The translations under genes were made by a program, and so were the position numbers. Below the pieces are notes generated by a model, which saw only the letters and a program-made list of their open reading frames with translations, made no database searches and had not been told where the DNA came from. A stretch of DNA of 64,000 nt, from contig JBHGNT010000014.1 of NCBI GenBank assembly GCA_043228905.1, positions 20,274,001 through 20,338,000 of the forward strand, read 5' to 3'. This DNA is from Azolla caroliniana. Lineage: Eukaryota; Plantae; Polypodiophyta. Shown here piece by piece: positions 1 through 13,900 of the stretch. Position 1 is the stretch's first letter. The number at the start of each line of letters is the position of its first letter.

Positions 1-266
1 AAGTAGGACAGGGTCTCGAACCGGGGGTTGTTGTATGGGGGCCACACCTAGATGGACAATACACACACATTCACACATGTGAAACATACTTATACATACA
101 TACATACATACATACATACATACATACATACATACATACCACCCTAATATGTACATACAAGCAAGCATTGTTGTGTCACCCATTCCATTTCTTTCACCCC
201 AATTCATGTATGTATCCACACCACACATACTTGGGAGGCCACACACATGTAGCATTTATATTTGCA

Positions 267-310
<44 letters not shown>

Positions 311-530
311 ATGTGACATACATAATAGACAAGGAAATGGAGTTGGATTTAGGCCTTACCAGCATGCAGCTCACTCTGCTGCCATTGGAGACAGTGGTGA
401 GTGGTTGGGCGGTCTTGACGCCCCCGAGCACTCCGGAGGTGTTGGCCTTCAAGCCGGTGAAGCTCTTCACCTCGGTGACTGCGGGTGCCGAAGCAAGCGC
501 CAGCGAGTTAGCAGAGATCATGGATGCCAT
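1..530 (-). CDS. rbcS: RuBisCO small subunit precursor, 5' part; exon1 530-360, exon2 47-<1, continues beyond the window
   Basis: Exon1 is a transit peptide MASMISANSLALASAP...FTGLK...SNGSRVSCML with GT donor at 359. After the TAG acceptor (50-48), exon2 reads VWPPYNNPRFETLSY, the N-terminus of mature RbcS. Confidence 0.97.
85..310. repeat. Microsatellites (TACA)n and (ACT)n in rbcS intron 1
   Basis: Simple repeats at about 92-138 and 266-310. Confidence 0.95.
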
Positions 531-644
531 TTGTGAGGTCTTGCTACTACTACTAGTAACACAACAACAACAACTGCTAATGCTAGTGCTTAGCTTGATA
601 GATCTCCTTCTTTCTTGCTCTCTCTCCTATTCCTTCCCCCCTCT

Positions 645-708
645 TTCTTATATATGTATATATAGTGATTCAACACCTCTCTCTTTTCACCATATAAAAA
701 TGATAAGG
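645..708 (-). promoter_or_regulatory. rbcS core promoter: TATA-like tract plus CCTTATCAT / I-box (GATAAG)
   Basis: TATATA-rich tract at about 648-664. ATGATAAGG at 700-708 reads CCTTATCAT on the sense strand, a motif known just upstream of the TATA box in rbcS promoters. Confidence 0.6.
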
Positions 709-3318
709 CAAGAGTTATCAGCCTTACCCATATCCTGCTTCCAACACCACACAAAATGTTTTCTAATCCACAACCCCCAACAATGACACCTCCAACACAC
801 AAAAAAGAAAAAGGGAAAAGGAAAAAAAAAAAGAAAAAAATTAAAGGATAAAAAGGAAGGAAGCAAACAGATAGCAAACAACACCAACATTTCTTTGCCC
901 TTTTCACACAACTTTTTATTTTTAAGCTGTATGTTCCTTGGATCGCTCGCCCGCTCCCTTGCTTGTTCCTCTAAGAACAAACTTTTCTTTATCTTTAACT
1001 AATTGAACTCGCTTCGAGTGTCCACCAACTGACTCCCCTAGCTCCCTTCCCCCCAAACAACCAACATGTTTTTCGACACTTTTCGAGGACACTTTTCCTT
1101 CATTAGCATGACCAAATTCGTCAAGCATTATTTGGTCGGGAGCCATTTTTAATTTAGAGCATCTACATATCAATTCTATTCACACCACCCCCCCGGACAA
1201 TAAACCAAACATTCTAGTCATTACTTGATTACCATCAATCAGTAATTTGTCGATTGAAACAAATGATATTACCTTACTCGAGTGTGTGCCTTGTCCTTCG
1301 TTGATTGAAAACCTCCTACCTTTATTGAGAAAACGAGCTATTTAGGCTACCTATGTTATCTGGTTTCTCCCAAATTATACAACATTACCTCCATGGGTTG
1401 TAAACCGCTACATTCAAACACTTGGTTTGCCACAATGCTTCAAATAATGAAGAGTATCTTCAAAATGTCCATCTTCTATACAAGAAAAACATAAATTGGG
1501 AATTTGGGAATAACAAATGAGCGTGAAAGAATCATGTGTATGTTTGAAATGTTTCCCAAGTTCGATAAATAAACAACCACCATAAAATTGTTACTCTTGG
1601 AAATGAGTTGTATCGATACAAAATTCCATTAAAATAGAACTACACTCTCATGTTGCACGCAGATTCCTTTTTCTTCTTCTCGTTAGAGACTTGGAATATG
1701 CTTCTAGAGTCTATATTGAAGCATGCCTACATTAGCATCTAACATGTTATTCAATCCATTAGCCAGGACAACCATGTAATCATCACTCCACACAATCGAA
1801 ACACATGCAAATGGACATAAACACCGACATGATTGTTTACCCATATACGGAAGGCTAGCCAATGATTTGGCACTCATTATCACTAAAAACCCCCATGAAA
1901 ATCTATTTCCTTTGGGTTCATCTAACTTGACACTATTGTCGAGATGATTTTATTTTCGTGACCACTTTACACAAGGAACACTTAACAAAATGTATGTTGG
2001 CAATAAAATATGTCTTACATGATAAAGCGATTCATAATTTTGATTTGCTTTGGTCTTGTAAAAGAAATTGTTGTTCTAATAGATTGACAACGAAATTCTC
2101 AAGAGATAATTAAAAAATTAAGTATCTAAATTTATATCCACTTTTGACAAAATAGGTTAACACAATCATATATTAAATTTAGCTTCTAGCAGAACAATTT
2201 TATGTGCGAGCACTTCATTCAATTTCCCGTAAAACGTGTCATTACATACCCAAAGGTGATTTAGGTCTTTTTCACGACTTTTTCTATTCTGGATTCTCTT
2301 TTATGTACTTAAATGTCCATTAACAAAGAAGGATAGTATCCATTCATTCATTTCCCCAGGTGTGGGTTCCCATAAGTTTTTGCTCATGTTCAGATTCCCC
2401 ACAATCAACGTAAGCCTTCTCATTGTTAGCGTATGATGATTCTTCTTAATGCAAGTAGTTCCTCATAGAAGTAGATGGATTCTTGTTGCAAAACACTTCA
2501 ATTGAAATTCGATATATTTTTGCAAAATCCTAAGAGAAAGTGCCATCTTATTATTGGGATAACCCCTTTCAATAAGAATTATCGTATACACTTTTTCAGT
2601 GCACCATTTTCTTTGGTTCCAACATTCTTGTGGGCCTTCTCTAGAGCTCATTACGCGTTTTTCCGCATTCCACATAATACATTCTTTTGCAAGTATTTTC
2701 ACATGGTCTAAGTTTTTCAATATTTTTGAGGTATGCAACCTCTTGTTTCTATGTTTCGGCATTCTTGAAATCGTGATGTCAAAACAAATTTGGTGTTCCC
2801 AAAGATCCAGATGTGCACATGTGCGAATCTTCATCCATATTTCTTGATATGCATGCACACAAAGACATGTGCACAACACCAATTATAGATAAGTGTATGA
2901 CAAATGACTTGCGATAATATGAAGTGACGTAAACCCACTTTGATATGTCGAGTACACGTATCTATACAAAACAATACCAATTACATCCACCTATGCAATC
3001 CACGATGCTCTACCTATATGCATCAACTGCATCATATATGATAAGAAACATTAATACATGTTAGCGATTTACTATGGTGGATGTGTTTTACTAGACACGA
3101 CTTTGCACTCGACTATGAAAAATGCCACTACACTGGCGGCAACATCTTGAAGCTTGCACTTGAAACCTACATCATTGAAGTGTCTTCTTTTTGTCAAAAG
3201 GCTGATTATGGGTAGGAAAGAGGTGTGAGGAGACGATTATTGGTCGGATTAGAGATTATTGGGTTGGATAAGGTCTTACATCAAAGAGATGAGAAAATAG
3301 CGAGGTCACATGTGGAGC

Positions 3319-3610
3319 TAGGAATCGGCAACGGCTCAGTTCAAGCCTCACCTGAATAGCTAAACTAAATTTAAACGGTTTGGCGGTTCGGTTGTGGTTC
3401 AGTTTAGGCTTGAGCTTCCTTAACCGGCATGGGACGGCTCAAGCTGAACCGAACTGATTTGGGCCAAACAGGCTTAATCGGCTTGGCTAGACCGGTTTAG
3501 GAAGCGGTTCGGTTCGGGTTTGGAAGCTTCCAAACCGGTTTAGGCTTAACTGGTTTGGTTTGGACAAGGGAAAACCGGTTAAGCCGAAACCGAACGGTTG
3601 CCGATTCCGA
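3319..3610. mobile_element. hAT-derived MITE (292 bp)
   Basis: TIRs TAGGAATCGGCAAC / GTTGCCGATTCCGA (1 mismatch), 8-bp TSD TGTGGAGC/TGTGGAGT, many subterminal AAACCG/CGGTTT motifs. Confidence 0.85.
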
Positions 3611-3966
3611 TGTGGAGTTGCTAGCATCTGTGCAGGAAATAAGGAAAACTTCTCTCCTGATTTTTTGTTTTTGTTTTTTGCAGGTTTTATGTACATATTT
3701 TTGATCTGAAGCATCGCCATGGATTACACTCTAATAATCTACTCTACTACTCCCCCGAAAGGGTTTCTTTGTTTTTGTTTCTTCGAATCCGAACGAAGAG
3801 TCATGACCCAAATTCCTTTACTCTCTCCACATTCCTGCAAGCAGCTTTCTTCCTTGCAGAGATTCATTCATTCCCCTACAGACACAGACAGACAGACAGA
3901 CAGACAGACAGAACGACATAGCTAGGCCTTCACATTCCAGGAATTCTTTTCCCCTCCTGAATTCCA

Positions 3967-6445
3967 ATGGCCCCCAATCTCTTGTTAGGCTGTTTGAAGC
4001 CTCTCTGCTTGGGCGTCTCCTCTTCGGCCTCCTCGAAGCGCCAAACCCCCGATTCATCATCATCTGCTGTCCAGGGCTTGATCTTATCCAAGCGATCCGC
4101 CATAGCCGTCATCACTGGCCTCTACTCCCCGAATCCCCCGCAGGATGCCCCCCGACATGATAATGATCTCGCGCCCGAGGCGGATGATCCTTCCATTCAG
4201 TCCAATGCCTCATTCATCGATCCCAGCATTGCCCCCATCGTCTCGTCTCCGAGCTGTTACTACGAGGGTATCGGGGTGCTCATCTACCCCTCCCTTGTGC
4301 TTACCACTCACTCCACCATTCCATCTCCGGCCGCCGCCGAGAATGCAGACTTCACCCTACGGCCCCCGCAGCCTGATGATGATGATAACAACAACAACAA
4401 CAACAACAACAACAGCTGCAATAATAAGAATAATAATGTCTGTGGCAGCGATGGAGATCAACAGACTGAGGCTGCTGCGCCTACAGCCACATCGGATCAA
4501 GACATCAAACTACTCCAAAGGAAGTTCCTCCCACATGTGTAAGTAGTTTCTCCCTCCTAATGTATGTCTTCTGTGTCTATGTAATGTATGGATGCATGCA
4601 TGCATGTCTATGTGTATGTGTATGTGTATGTCTGTGTATGGATGTACCAGAATGCATGCATGTTCATGTGTATATGCCTGTGTATGGATGTACCAGAATG
4701 CATGCATGTCTATGTGTATGTGTTTATGTCTGTGTATGGATGTACCAGAATGTATGCATGTCTATGTGTATGTCTGTGTATGGATGTATCAGAATGCATG
4801 CATGTCTATGTGTATGTCTGTATGCATGCATGCATGCATTTATCTGTGTATGTATGTATGTATGTATGTATGTATGTATGTATGCATGCATGCATGCATG
4901 TCTATGTGTATGTCTGTATGTATGCATGCATGCATGTATCTGTGTATGTATGTATGTATGTATGTATGCATGCATGCATGCATGCATGTCTATGTGTGTG
5001 TGTATGTATATATGAATGTATGTATGTATGGTTGCACGCATGTCTATGTGTGTGTGTATGTATGTATGGTTGCATGCATGTCTATGTGTGTGTGTATGTA
5101 TGTATGTATGGATGCATGCATGCATGTCTATGTGCGTCTATGTATGTATGCATGTATGTATGTGTGTAGTTTGACATCGAGGATTGTATCGAGTTCTTTC
5201 ATATGTACATGTAGCGTTTGATTCGAAAGATTTAATTCATATGTGCATGTTTGTATAGTATTGCATTGATTCATTCATATGTATGCATATTGTTCTATAT
5301 TGAGGATTGTCGTGATTTAAATGCCGACATCACACCGGGGAAAAGTGTTTTTGTTCGAGAGAAAGAGAGTAGGATAGTAGATTCTAATCCTTCTTTGGGT
5401 CTTCAGTCTTCTTCTCACTTCACATTCTTGTAGGTTCTTCGCGACGTGTTCGAAGCTCAACATAACAGTGATAGGTTGTGAGTATGTGAACCCAGACCTA
5501 CACGCACTTGGTCTCAAACCTAAAGTTGGAGAAGGTCTAGTGGCAGGTAGTAAAGCATATATTCTCGGGCACGACAAAAATAGTGGTGGACCCACCAACA
5601 AACTCTCTATAGGCTCTGCTTCGGTCAGATCCACTTCAAACACATGTATTGATCTTATACCATTTCAAACCCATGAGTGTTGGCTCCCTGGCTCGGCTGG
5701 ATTTGACGAAAATGGGAACTTCTCGTTTCTTGTCACCGAAACACGACTTAGTAGTAAGGACCTAAAAATAGGAGCTTTAGCTATACACGCTATCAAAGAG
5801 TGGCTCGAACCCCATTGGCACACCATGAAACCACAAGTTAACAACTCTACCTCCTCCACTAGAAGAGCCACCTATTCTGGGCCTCAATGTAGACCCATTG
5901 TTATTAGTGACATCATCGCCGATGTTGGGGGTACAAGGGGTAGTAGTAACGGGAAGAAAGATGGTCCTTTTCGTCACTCTTGTTCGGAGGTTACACGTCG
6001 TGATACTCATGATACTAAGCATTCCAATAGGACCCCTCCAAGCAAAAGCAATTTAAAATTAGACACTATCATTGATGAGGATAAGCATGTGTCGGCAAAG
6101 CAAGTTAATGACTCGAGTGTACCGAAGAAACAATACATGGATGTTGATCTAGTCAAGAGTGAGACTTTTACAAAAGTAAAGTCGATTAGGGATGAGATGC
6201 ACACTAAGGAAATCAACGAGAAAATGAATATGTTAAATATTGGAGAGGATGGTCATAGACGTACCCCATTGGAGGGTTCTAGAGGTAGTGTGAAACTTAG
6301 AGAGCAAGACTCAAGGAGCAAGAAGAGGAAATCCACGGTTAATGAAAGAAATCCACCTAGCGTGGATGTAACCCGGAAACTAAGCCTACATGAAGCATTT
6401 AAAAATGAGAGGTGCTCGCTACAAATAAAGCCAAGTGATAAATAA
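3967..6445 (+). CDS. Plant trypsin-like-fold protein of unknown function; exons 3967-4538 and 5434-6445, 3' end may splice further
   Basis: GTAAGT donor at 4539 and TAG acceptor at 5431-5433 join the two ORFs in frame (RKFLPHV-FFATCSKLNITVIG). Motifs GIGVLIYPSLVLTTHS, WLPGSAGFDENGN and IKEWLEPHW resemble a conserved uncharacterised plant trypsin-like family. Confidence 0.8.
4560..5168. repeat. Compound (TGTA)n/(TGCA)n/(TG)n micro/minisatellite in intron 1
   Basis: Visible low-complexity repeats; these generate the spurious MYVC/MHAC ORFs in the track. Confidence 0.95.
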
Positions 6446-9096
6446 GAGCTAAAACCGATTGATTTTTAGGATGGTTAATGAAATTTAAAACTTTTATAAA
6501 CAAATACACACTCAAAAACATTTCGAAGGTAGATATTTGCACATTGTAAAATAAGATGACAATGTGTTCGCGTAGACACAAAGTGGCATCTTATTTTACC
6601 AATCCTTTGATCGTGTGTGGCAATTGCAATTACACTAATGCTCCCCGTGCCAAGGTTGTATGTATGTATTCAAACTCCCTTGTTATAGTAATCTTCTCTA
6701 ATGACTTTAGCAATTCGTGGATGTGTGTAGTGGGTAATACTTATCCACGGAATGCTAGATTGTCACTAATGCTAATGATGTTTATACAACATCTTCATGG
6801 TTATAATCTTCTCTAATAACTAGTATGAATATATACCTCAAATTAAAATTAATGTATCTAGAAGTTAAATTGGCATAATGCTTGTAAAAAGTTACATTTG
6901 ATTGAAAATCACATTATATTATAGTAATATCTCACATGTCACAACTCATATTTTCGATGCGCATGAGCTTATTTTTCATACACTATTATTGTATACACAT
7001 CTTGAAGTTATCAACTTTATTTCAACCTACGATGTGAATGTAGCAACACACACTACTCATCTTACTCATGTTGCCATCATCTCAGCCACACAACTATACT
7101 TATGTCCACTACCTCTAGAAAAACATGACCATATTCCTATGAGCCAAGTCATATTTGGCAGTGTCGGTGTATTTCAATAATAAGTTCTTCGTCTACTAAT
7201 ACCACTGTTTTTCTTTCAATGTGTTCATATCCACATGCCATGCCACTCCAACAAAACCAACTAATTGTTTGATCACCCCTATACTCCATGTATAACATTT
7301 TTTCGTGATTTGTGGCTAAGTGAGGCAACATATAGTGGGCATGCCAAGCAAAGCTATTGCATTCCAATAGACATCCATGAAAATTTAGGACATGCATACT
7401 CCCAAAGTCTACTCATCTTTCAAATTTTCTAACAAGCAAGTTTCCACCTAAACACTCAGAATTTTAAATGTACAGAACCCTTTAGTCCTCCAGTGTATTG
7501 CTAGTAATTAATGTATAGTGTTAGAATAAATTGGAGGGGCAATAATGTAATATGCAAAAAACTTTCTATGATGTGACTTAAACAATGTTAGCCATATCTT
7601 CGAGCAAAATGAAGGGGTGGAAAACTTTCTATGATGCGGTAAAAACAATGTTGTTAGTGATGATTTTTCGCTCCCTCTTCTCTCTCAGAAGCAATACAAT
7701 TACAAGGAGGTTGTGGTTGGCATTGTTGGGTCAAGCATGAAAGATTTGATGTTCCTAGAAAGTGACAATTTATTTATGGGGGTTCAGCAATGGAACCTTG
7801 TGATACCCATGGACTTGTGCACAATTAAACAAAACAAGCTAACATGGGATTCCTCTCATCATCTTTGTATGAAAAATCTCAGGAAGTTGAAATGATAGGA
7901 GTGTATAAACAAAATAAAGAAAGAATAGGCACAACTTGTGAGGAATGTGCTGAGTATGGAACAAAATAGTGATAAAAAAAATGATGGAATATGGGGTTAA
8001 ATAGACAATGCAGCATACAGAAGTGAAGATGAAAGCAATCATAATGGTACACTGCATGAAGCATCAAATGGAGGAGAAAACATCATTGTAATTCCATTGA
8101 AGATCTATTTTGATGCTGGATGTACATGTGATCCACACTGTTAATTATCTCACCCCCAATCGCATTCTCAACTCCTATAATCTCATGCTCATATCCATGG
8201 ATTGTTAGCCATAAATGTTCTAGTAAACAGGATGATTAGTTCCTTTCAAAATAAAGAAAAACAAATGGTGTTCCTAGCAAATCTTGAAAAAAGAAATACA
8301 ATGAAATGGCTCTCGAAGCAACTGCTTTTCTCAAATACATAGAAGTAAGCTTTATCAAGCTCTCCTTTGTTAATGGGGAACTGGGCCTTCACTATGGAAC
8401 ATTGATCTCATTCATTTCAATCAGAAGAAAAAGTAGATTTTTTCCATGCATTAAGTACATCATCAACTTATTAATGTAACATTTATATCATGTCAGTTAA
8501 AAGATATAGACTTACGTAATATCAGGGCCAATTTGTTTGAAACTTTCCCATCTCAAAACAATAAAAAAATGCCAAAAAGAAATCTCACTTTGTTTTTTGC
8601 TATAATTCATTCCAATATCTCACAATGCCATAAGCCCGACTGACTTTGTTCATTTATTTTGAAAGTGCAAGACCCCCCAAAAAGAATGTCAATACAAGTC
8701 TCTTTAGGAAAACCAATTAACCAATGTCAAAATGAGCTGCACATTTGCTATATATCCAACTATGGCTTCCATTTCATGTAGTTTCGATAATGAACATGAT
8801 AGGACTGCATGTTAACCTCCAACCTCTTTGTAAATTTCGGATGCACATGCACCTCTTAATTCTTGAATTTTGGCTAGGTAGAGGCTACAACCCTATAATA
8901 TCCAACAAGAATGCCAAAGTCTAAAAAGACAGGGTATGGCCTATCCTGTGTTTGTCTTGTACATTTCTTATGATACGACGCTCTACAAAGTGGAAAGGAC
9001 CATGTTGCCATTGTAAGATAGGACGTATTGATTGCGTCTTGTGTTGATCGATAGGTGGAGTTGCTCCTTTATGAGTAAGGACTAAAGAATCCTGTT

Positions 9097-9200
9097 ACAT
9101 GTAAGATTCTCAAGTCCGATATATTGTAATTTTTGTCTTCGAAAGATCTCTAGCATAGGTCGATCCAGAATGGGGAGATCTCCCAAGAGAGGGAACCACA
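9097..9200. repeat. Dispersed repeat, copy 1 (copy 2 at about 18403-18506); probably TE-derived
   Basis: Shared core TTTTGTCTTCGAAAGATCTCTAGCATAGGTC..TCCAGAATGG with similar flanks. Confidence 0.8.
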
Positions 9201-9359
9201 TGGGGCCTAGCAATGGCAAAACAACGGACTTCTCTAAATTTGGTACAGAGGTCTTCCAGCTCTTCCTCTTGTTGCTAGGCAGGTTTGGGTTGTTAAGAGT
9301 GGGATTTTCGTGTTGTTTTAGATGCTTGGGAGGGTTGACAAATGGCAATGGTGCTTCAT

Positions 9360-9803
9360 TTGCCATGTCAATTCATGAGGCACAATCATGGGTGAAATTT
9401 TGCCATGTCAATTCATGAGGCAGAATTATGGGTGAAAAAGGCAGGATGCCTGAGCTTTCTGTCTTTGTGCCACTTGAAGTTCAAGGCGGATTACCACTAG
9501 AAGCTCATGAGGCAGAATCATGGATGAAGAAGGCAAGATGCCTGAGCTTTCTGTCTTTGTGCCACTTGAAGTTCATGAGGCAGAATCATGGGTGAAAAAG
9601 GCAGGATGCCTGAGCTTCCTGTCTTTGTGCCACTTGAATTTCAAGGCGGATTGCCACTTGAAGTTCATGAGGCAGATTCATGGGCGAAAACGTAGGATGC
9701 CTGTCTTTGTGCCACTTGAAGATCATGAGATAGAATAATGGGTGAAAAGGCAGGATGTCTGAGCTTTCTTTCTTTGTACCACTTGAAGTTTAAGGCGGAT
9801 TGC
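9360..9803. repeat. Minisatellite, about 5 copies of a 60-85 bp unit
   Basis: Recurrent TCATGAGGCAGAATCATGGGTGAAAAAGGCAGGATGCCTGAGCTTTCTGTCTTTGTGCCACTTGAAG with an optional TTCAAGGCGGATTGCCACTTGAAG block. Confidence 0.9.
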
Positions 9804-10993
9804 CTCAGAAGAGAAATTACTCCATTGTCGTTGCCAACTACTCTCGCATATTCATTGCAACAAACATACCACCAAATCACTCATAAAAAACCTGTGCTAA
9901 TAAGTTAGACATGTAGACAAACATGCATGGTAACTGTTAGATCTTCATACTGTTAAGACTACCATCTAAACAGAACATGCATGTAATTATAAGAATTAGC
10001 TGGTATATCAATGGGAGACAATATCTCTATAGCCATGACTATTTCTTGATATTTTTAGCTCAATCGTTCATCTTAACAGATTTATGTAATAATCCCCTTT
10101 CCAGATTGCTCAAAAATCCCAATATGGTAAAGAACACATTCTAAAAGACTATTACCTATAACTCAACATGTATACATATACTAAAGCCTTCATTCTCTTT
10201 AATTGGAACCTTGATCATCTTCAATCTTCAATTACTAGCCAAACACATAAAAAAATCCTTTCCATGGTTTCAATATACACAAGTTTTAATAACAATACAT
10301 AAGACTCTGTCTTTCAACGCATAACATCAAATGCAATAAGGCACTGAAACAATTCTTTTCTGTAATCCATTGAATGCACAACTACCATGTAACCAAATGA
10401 GATATTTTTTTAAGATTCCAAACTAATAAAATGTCAAAGACAACATATTAACACATAACCAAATGAAACATTTTCATGCCTTCTAACGAAATACGTAACA
10501 TTGTTCATGGTGTCAAGTTTACGAACTCAGTTTCAACAAATTATGACTTATCATTATGATATCCCTACAAAAAATTGTTTAGTGTTAGATGCGTGTTGGA
10601 TAGAGAACTGGCGTGCATGGTTGTTTGAACCCTTACTGAAACATACAAGAAAGCCTAGTGGTTAGCCACAGGGCCGGAGTTTGAAAAGATAAATACATAA
10701 TACATATGGGGTTCAACATATGGTGCCAGCATATTACAACTTCAAGCATGAATGGAAAATAGAGGGCACCTCATACAGAGCTACATACATATGTCCCCAT
10801 AGAAACATGAATGGAAAATGGAGTGACGGTACATTTGGAGTTACATATATGTAACCATTGAAACATGAATACAAAATGGAACTACTTTTACAGGTAAACC
10901 CAAACTCATACAACTGAGTATGGAAAAGAATGCAGTATTGTGTCGTTTTATACGAGAACATACGTTTGTGAGTTACTGATGGAAAAAGTTCTT

Positions 10994-13900
10994 TCAACAC
11001 CCACTGATCCGAGCGGGTTGTCTCTGTAAAAGAAGAGGTGGAAAATCCTCCTCCTTTAATTGGTATGCACCACCAGCTTGGATGGCTCTGTCACCACAGA
11101 TAGAAAGCTGAGCAATGCTCATCTATCAGAAGAACAAATTGCCAATCAAACCTCAATCCTTTGTTGCTTTACAAAAGTTCCAAATATATTGAATATTTCC
11201 AACACACAAACGCACATTCCACATTGCAATATACAAATCTTAATTCTGCTTCATTAAATTCACTTGAAATAACTTGAAACTTCTCACAATCCCCACTCCA
11301 TATTACTATCTACCATCACAAATTTCACCATCTCAGCAAATTCAATCATTTATATCTTTTTACCTGGAGGTAGAATCGATAACTGGTTCTTGGTCTGATG
11401 AGGATGAGAAAGTGTCTGAGCTTGTACTGAACCTAACGGGTTGCGTACTATCCTGACCTGACGGAATCATGCAGTTAATTGGCCCTAGTGAACCAAATTC
11501 CAACTGTGGAACAAGAGGTGGGATTGCACCTGACAAATGATGTGATGATAGACGAGTTACTGGTTCTGATTCATGTATACAAGTGCCCGCTACTTGAAAA
11601 CCTGGAAATTCTTTATATGGCCCATGAAATGGTGGTGCAACCAAGCCAGATGAAATAGGTGAGTAACCAGATATGAGATGATGAGATTTCCTCCATGTAT
11701 TATTCCTACCATGCTTCCCTTCAGCAACCTTGTGTGGGGCTCCAGGAATCTGTGTGTTAGCATTACCATTACACCCACGGTTTGTGTTCCTGTGCCTTAA
11801 CGGTCCTCCATTTGCTCCATTTCTGTGTTCATATTGTGTAGCTGCTTCAGGGTATCTTTCAGCCAAACACTGTATATTATTATTGTACAGACTAGGCCTC
11901 TGCAATCATACACAATCCATAAGATGTTTTATACCAGAGAGACAAGATTTGAAGAGGGCACGTCACATCATACCGATGGGAAAAAAGTCCATGTTCCTGT
12001 TTGTTGCTGCTGTACATCATTGATACTGCAAGCGTATTGTTGAGGTAATATATTAGGCATATGCATATGACCAAAAGCGAGCATCGGATTCGATGGAACT
12101 GGACGTTGATGAAAGCCAGGAATCTTTTGGATAGGTATGTATGGAAGAACTTTCCAATCAAATGGATTATGCACGTAGTTAGGTGCAAAAGGGTCTATGA
12201 CTGGTTCTTGGCATGACCTACCGAATTCCAGATCCTGCAAATGATTAACAAGATCACTACATAGAAAATCAGCTGATGATTCGTGTGCATGTTCTGCAGC
12301 AGACTCGGGTCCAAAGTTTGGTGCTGAACCAGAATCACAAGTATTTGGCATATTTCCAATTCCATGGTAGGCCTTAGATATTAATGGACTACCTTCAGAA
12401 CCAATACCATGGAGACGATGAACATAGTCCGGTTCGTTATACTGGCTCACACCCTTCATAGCCTCAACTTCAAATCCACTATCAAAATCTGATTTGGCAG
12501 GATAAAATGGATTGTAGTAGGAAAACATTGGAAAAGTACCCATAGGAAAACAAGTGGTAGTGTCTAGAACTTCTTGATTTCCTAAACTGGCCTCCATAAT
12601 AGTACCATCTGTTGGTGAAGGAACTTCAACTGATGAGGATGGGAACCCCTCTAGATGTTCTATAGGTTTTTGTACAGTGATAATATTAGAATTTGCTTGC
12701 TTCATTATAGGACAGTCGGAATCTGATAGACTTGTAATTTTACTGAATGAATCTTCAAATGATGAAGGATCACTGGAGAACTCATCCGTATCAGAAGCAC
12801 ATGGTTTTGATGTCATAGAGGATGGATGTGGTAGAGGGGCATAAGCTTCAAAGCCAGGTGCCAAGGCAGAATATAGCTGTCCATAAGGTGGAGATTGTTT
12901 GCCAGAGTTGCTTTCACCATATGAATTTGCCTCAGACTCTGGAAATTCATTCTTTGATATTATAACCCCACTATCAGTGCCTACTCGCTCTGATGATTCC
13001 CCCACAACAACTTTAGGCACATCTCTAAAGTTACCAGATTTATGACCTTTAATATCTCCTTTTCCTTTTACTATACCACCACTCTCCTGTACCTCTACCT
13101 GAGGCCCTTTCCTGTGGTTACATGCTGATCTACCATCAGCATTACCTATGTCGAAATCCAGCACCTTTTTCGTTTGCAAGAAGAATTCAGAAAGACATAA
13201 ACCAGGAAAGAGAATGTCAAGTACAAAAGAACAAAGAATTTGACAAATCTTTTCATTACATATGGTCATCAATTTCAAACACAGTACCTGAGATGAAGCT
13301 AGGTTTGTCATTGCATAATTCCAAGGACGTAGCTGCTCCTGCTTCTCAAGTTGCTCTAGTTCATTTATGTTCCGAGAATGAACTGGCATTTTGCTAGAAT
13401 CTAGGCTGTTTATATGTAATGGTGGGATGCTTGACATGCTTTGAGCACCAAAATTGTAAGAAGATAATGATGGCACAGGAACTCTAGTAGGCTGGATAGG
13501 TATTGACGGGGAAACAAATGGAATTGGTGCAGTTACTGTAGACGATCTTTGAACTAACCCATTCACCTTTCCTACATTTGATTCTCCAAAATGTAATGGA
13601 GGAGAAAATGCAGAAAAAGGGCTGAACATGATAGTGCCTGGTTGAGAAGTGTATCCATGAAAATATACGTAAGGTATATGGCTTTGAGCATGAGAATGAA
13701 GTGTAGGTTGCCTGAAAGGAAATCTTGGTATTCCATTTCTTTCTTCATGAGAAGCACTATTTATGCTCATCGTGTCTATCGAAGCTCGTGAACATTCATC
13801 AAACTGCCATTCATTCGGAGTTTTGCTTCCGACATCTATAGAATTGCCTTCTTGGAAGATACCATTGCCCCAGACTTGCAAATGGTCTGTTGCTTCTTTA

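Noticed and set aside
262-786. 174-aa plus-strand ORF
   Set aside because: Antisense shadow of rbcS exon 1 plus trinucleotide repeats.
1250-2900. Possible decayed DNA-transposon (MULE-like) coding remnant
   Set aside because: Only vague motif impressions; no TIR, TSD or diagnostic residues can be supported without a profile search.
4560-5221. Long MYVC/MHAC ORFs in several frames
   Set aside because: Translation of a stop-free intronic microsatellite.
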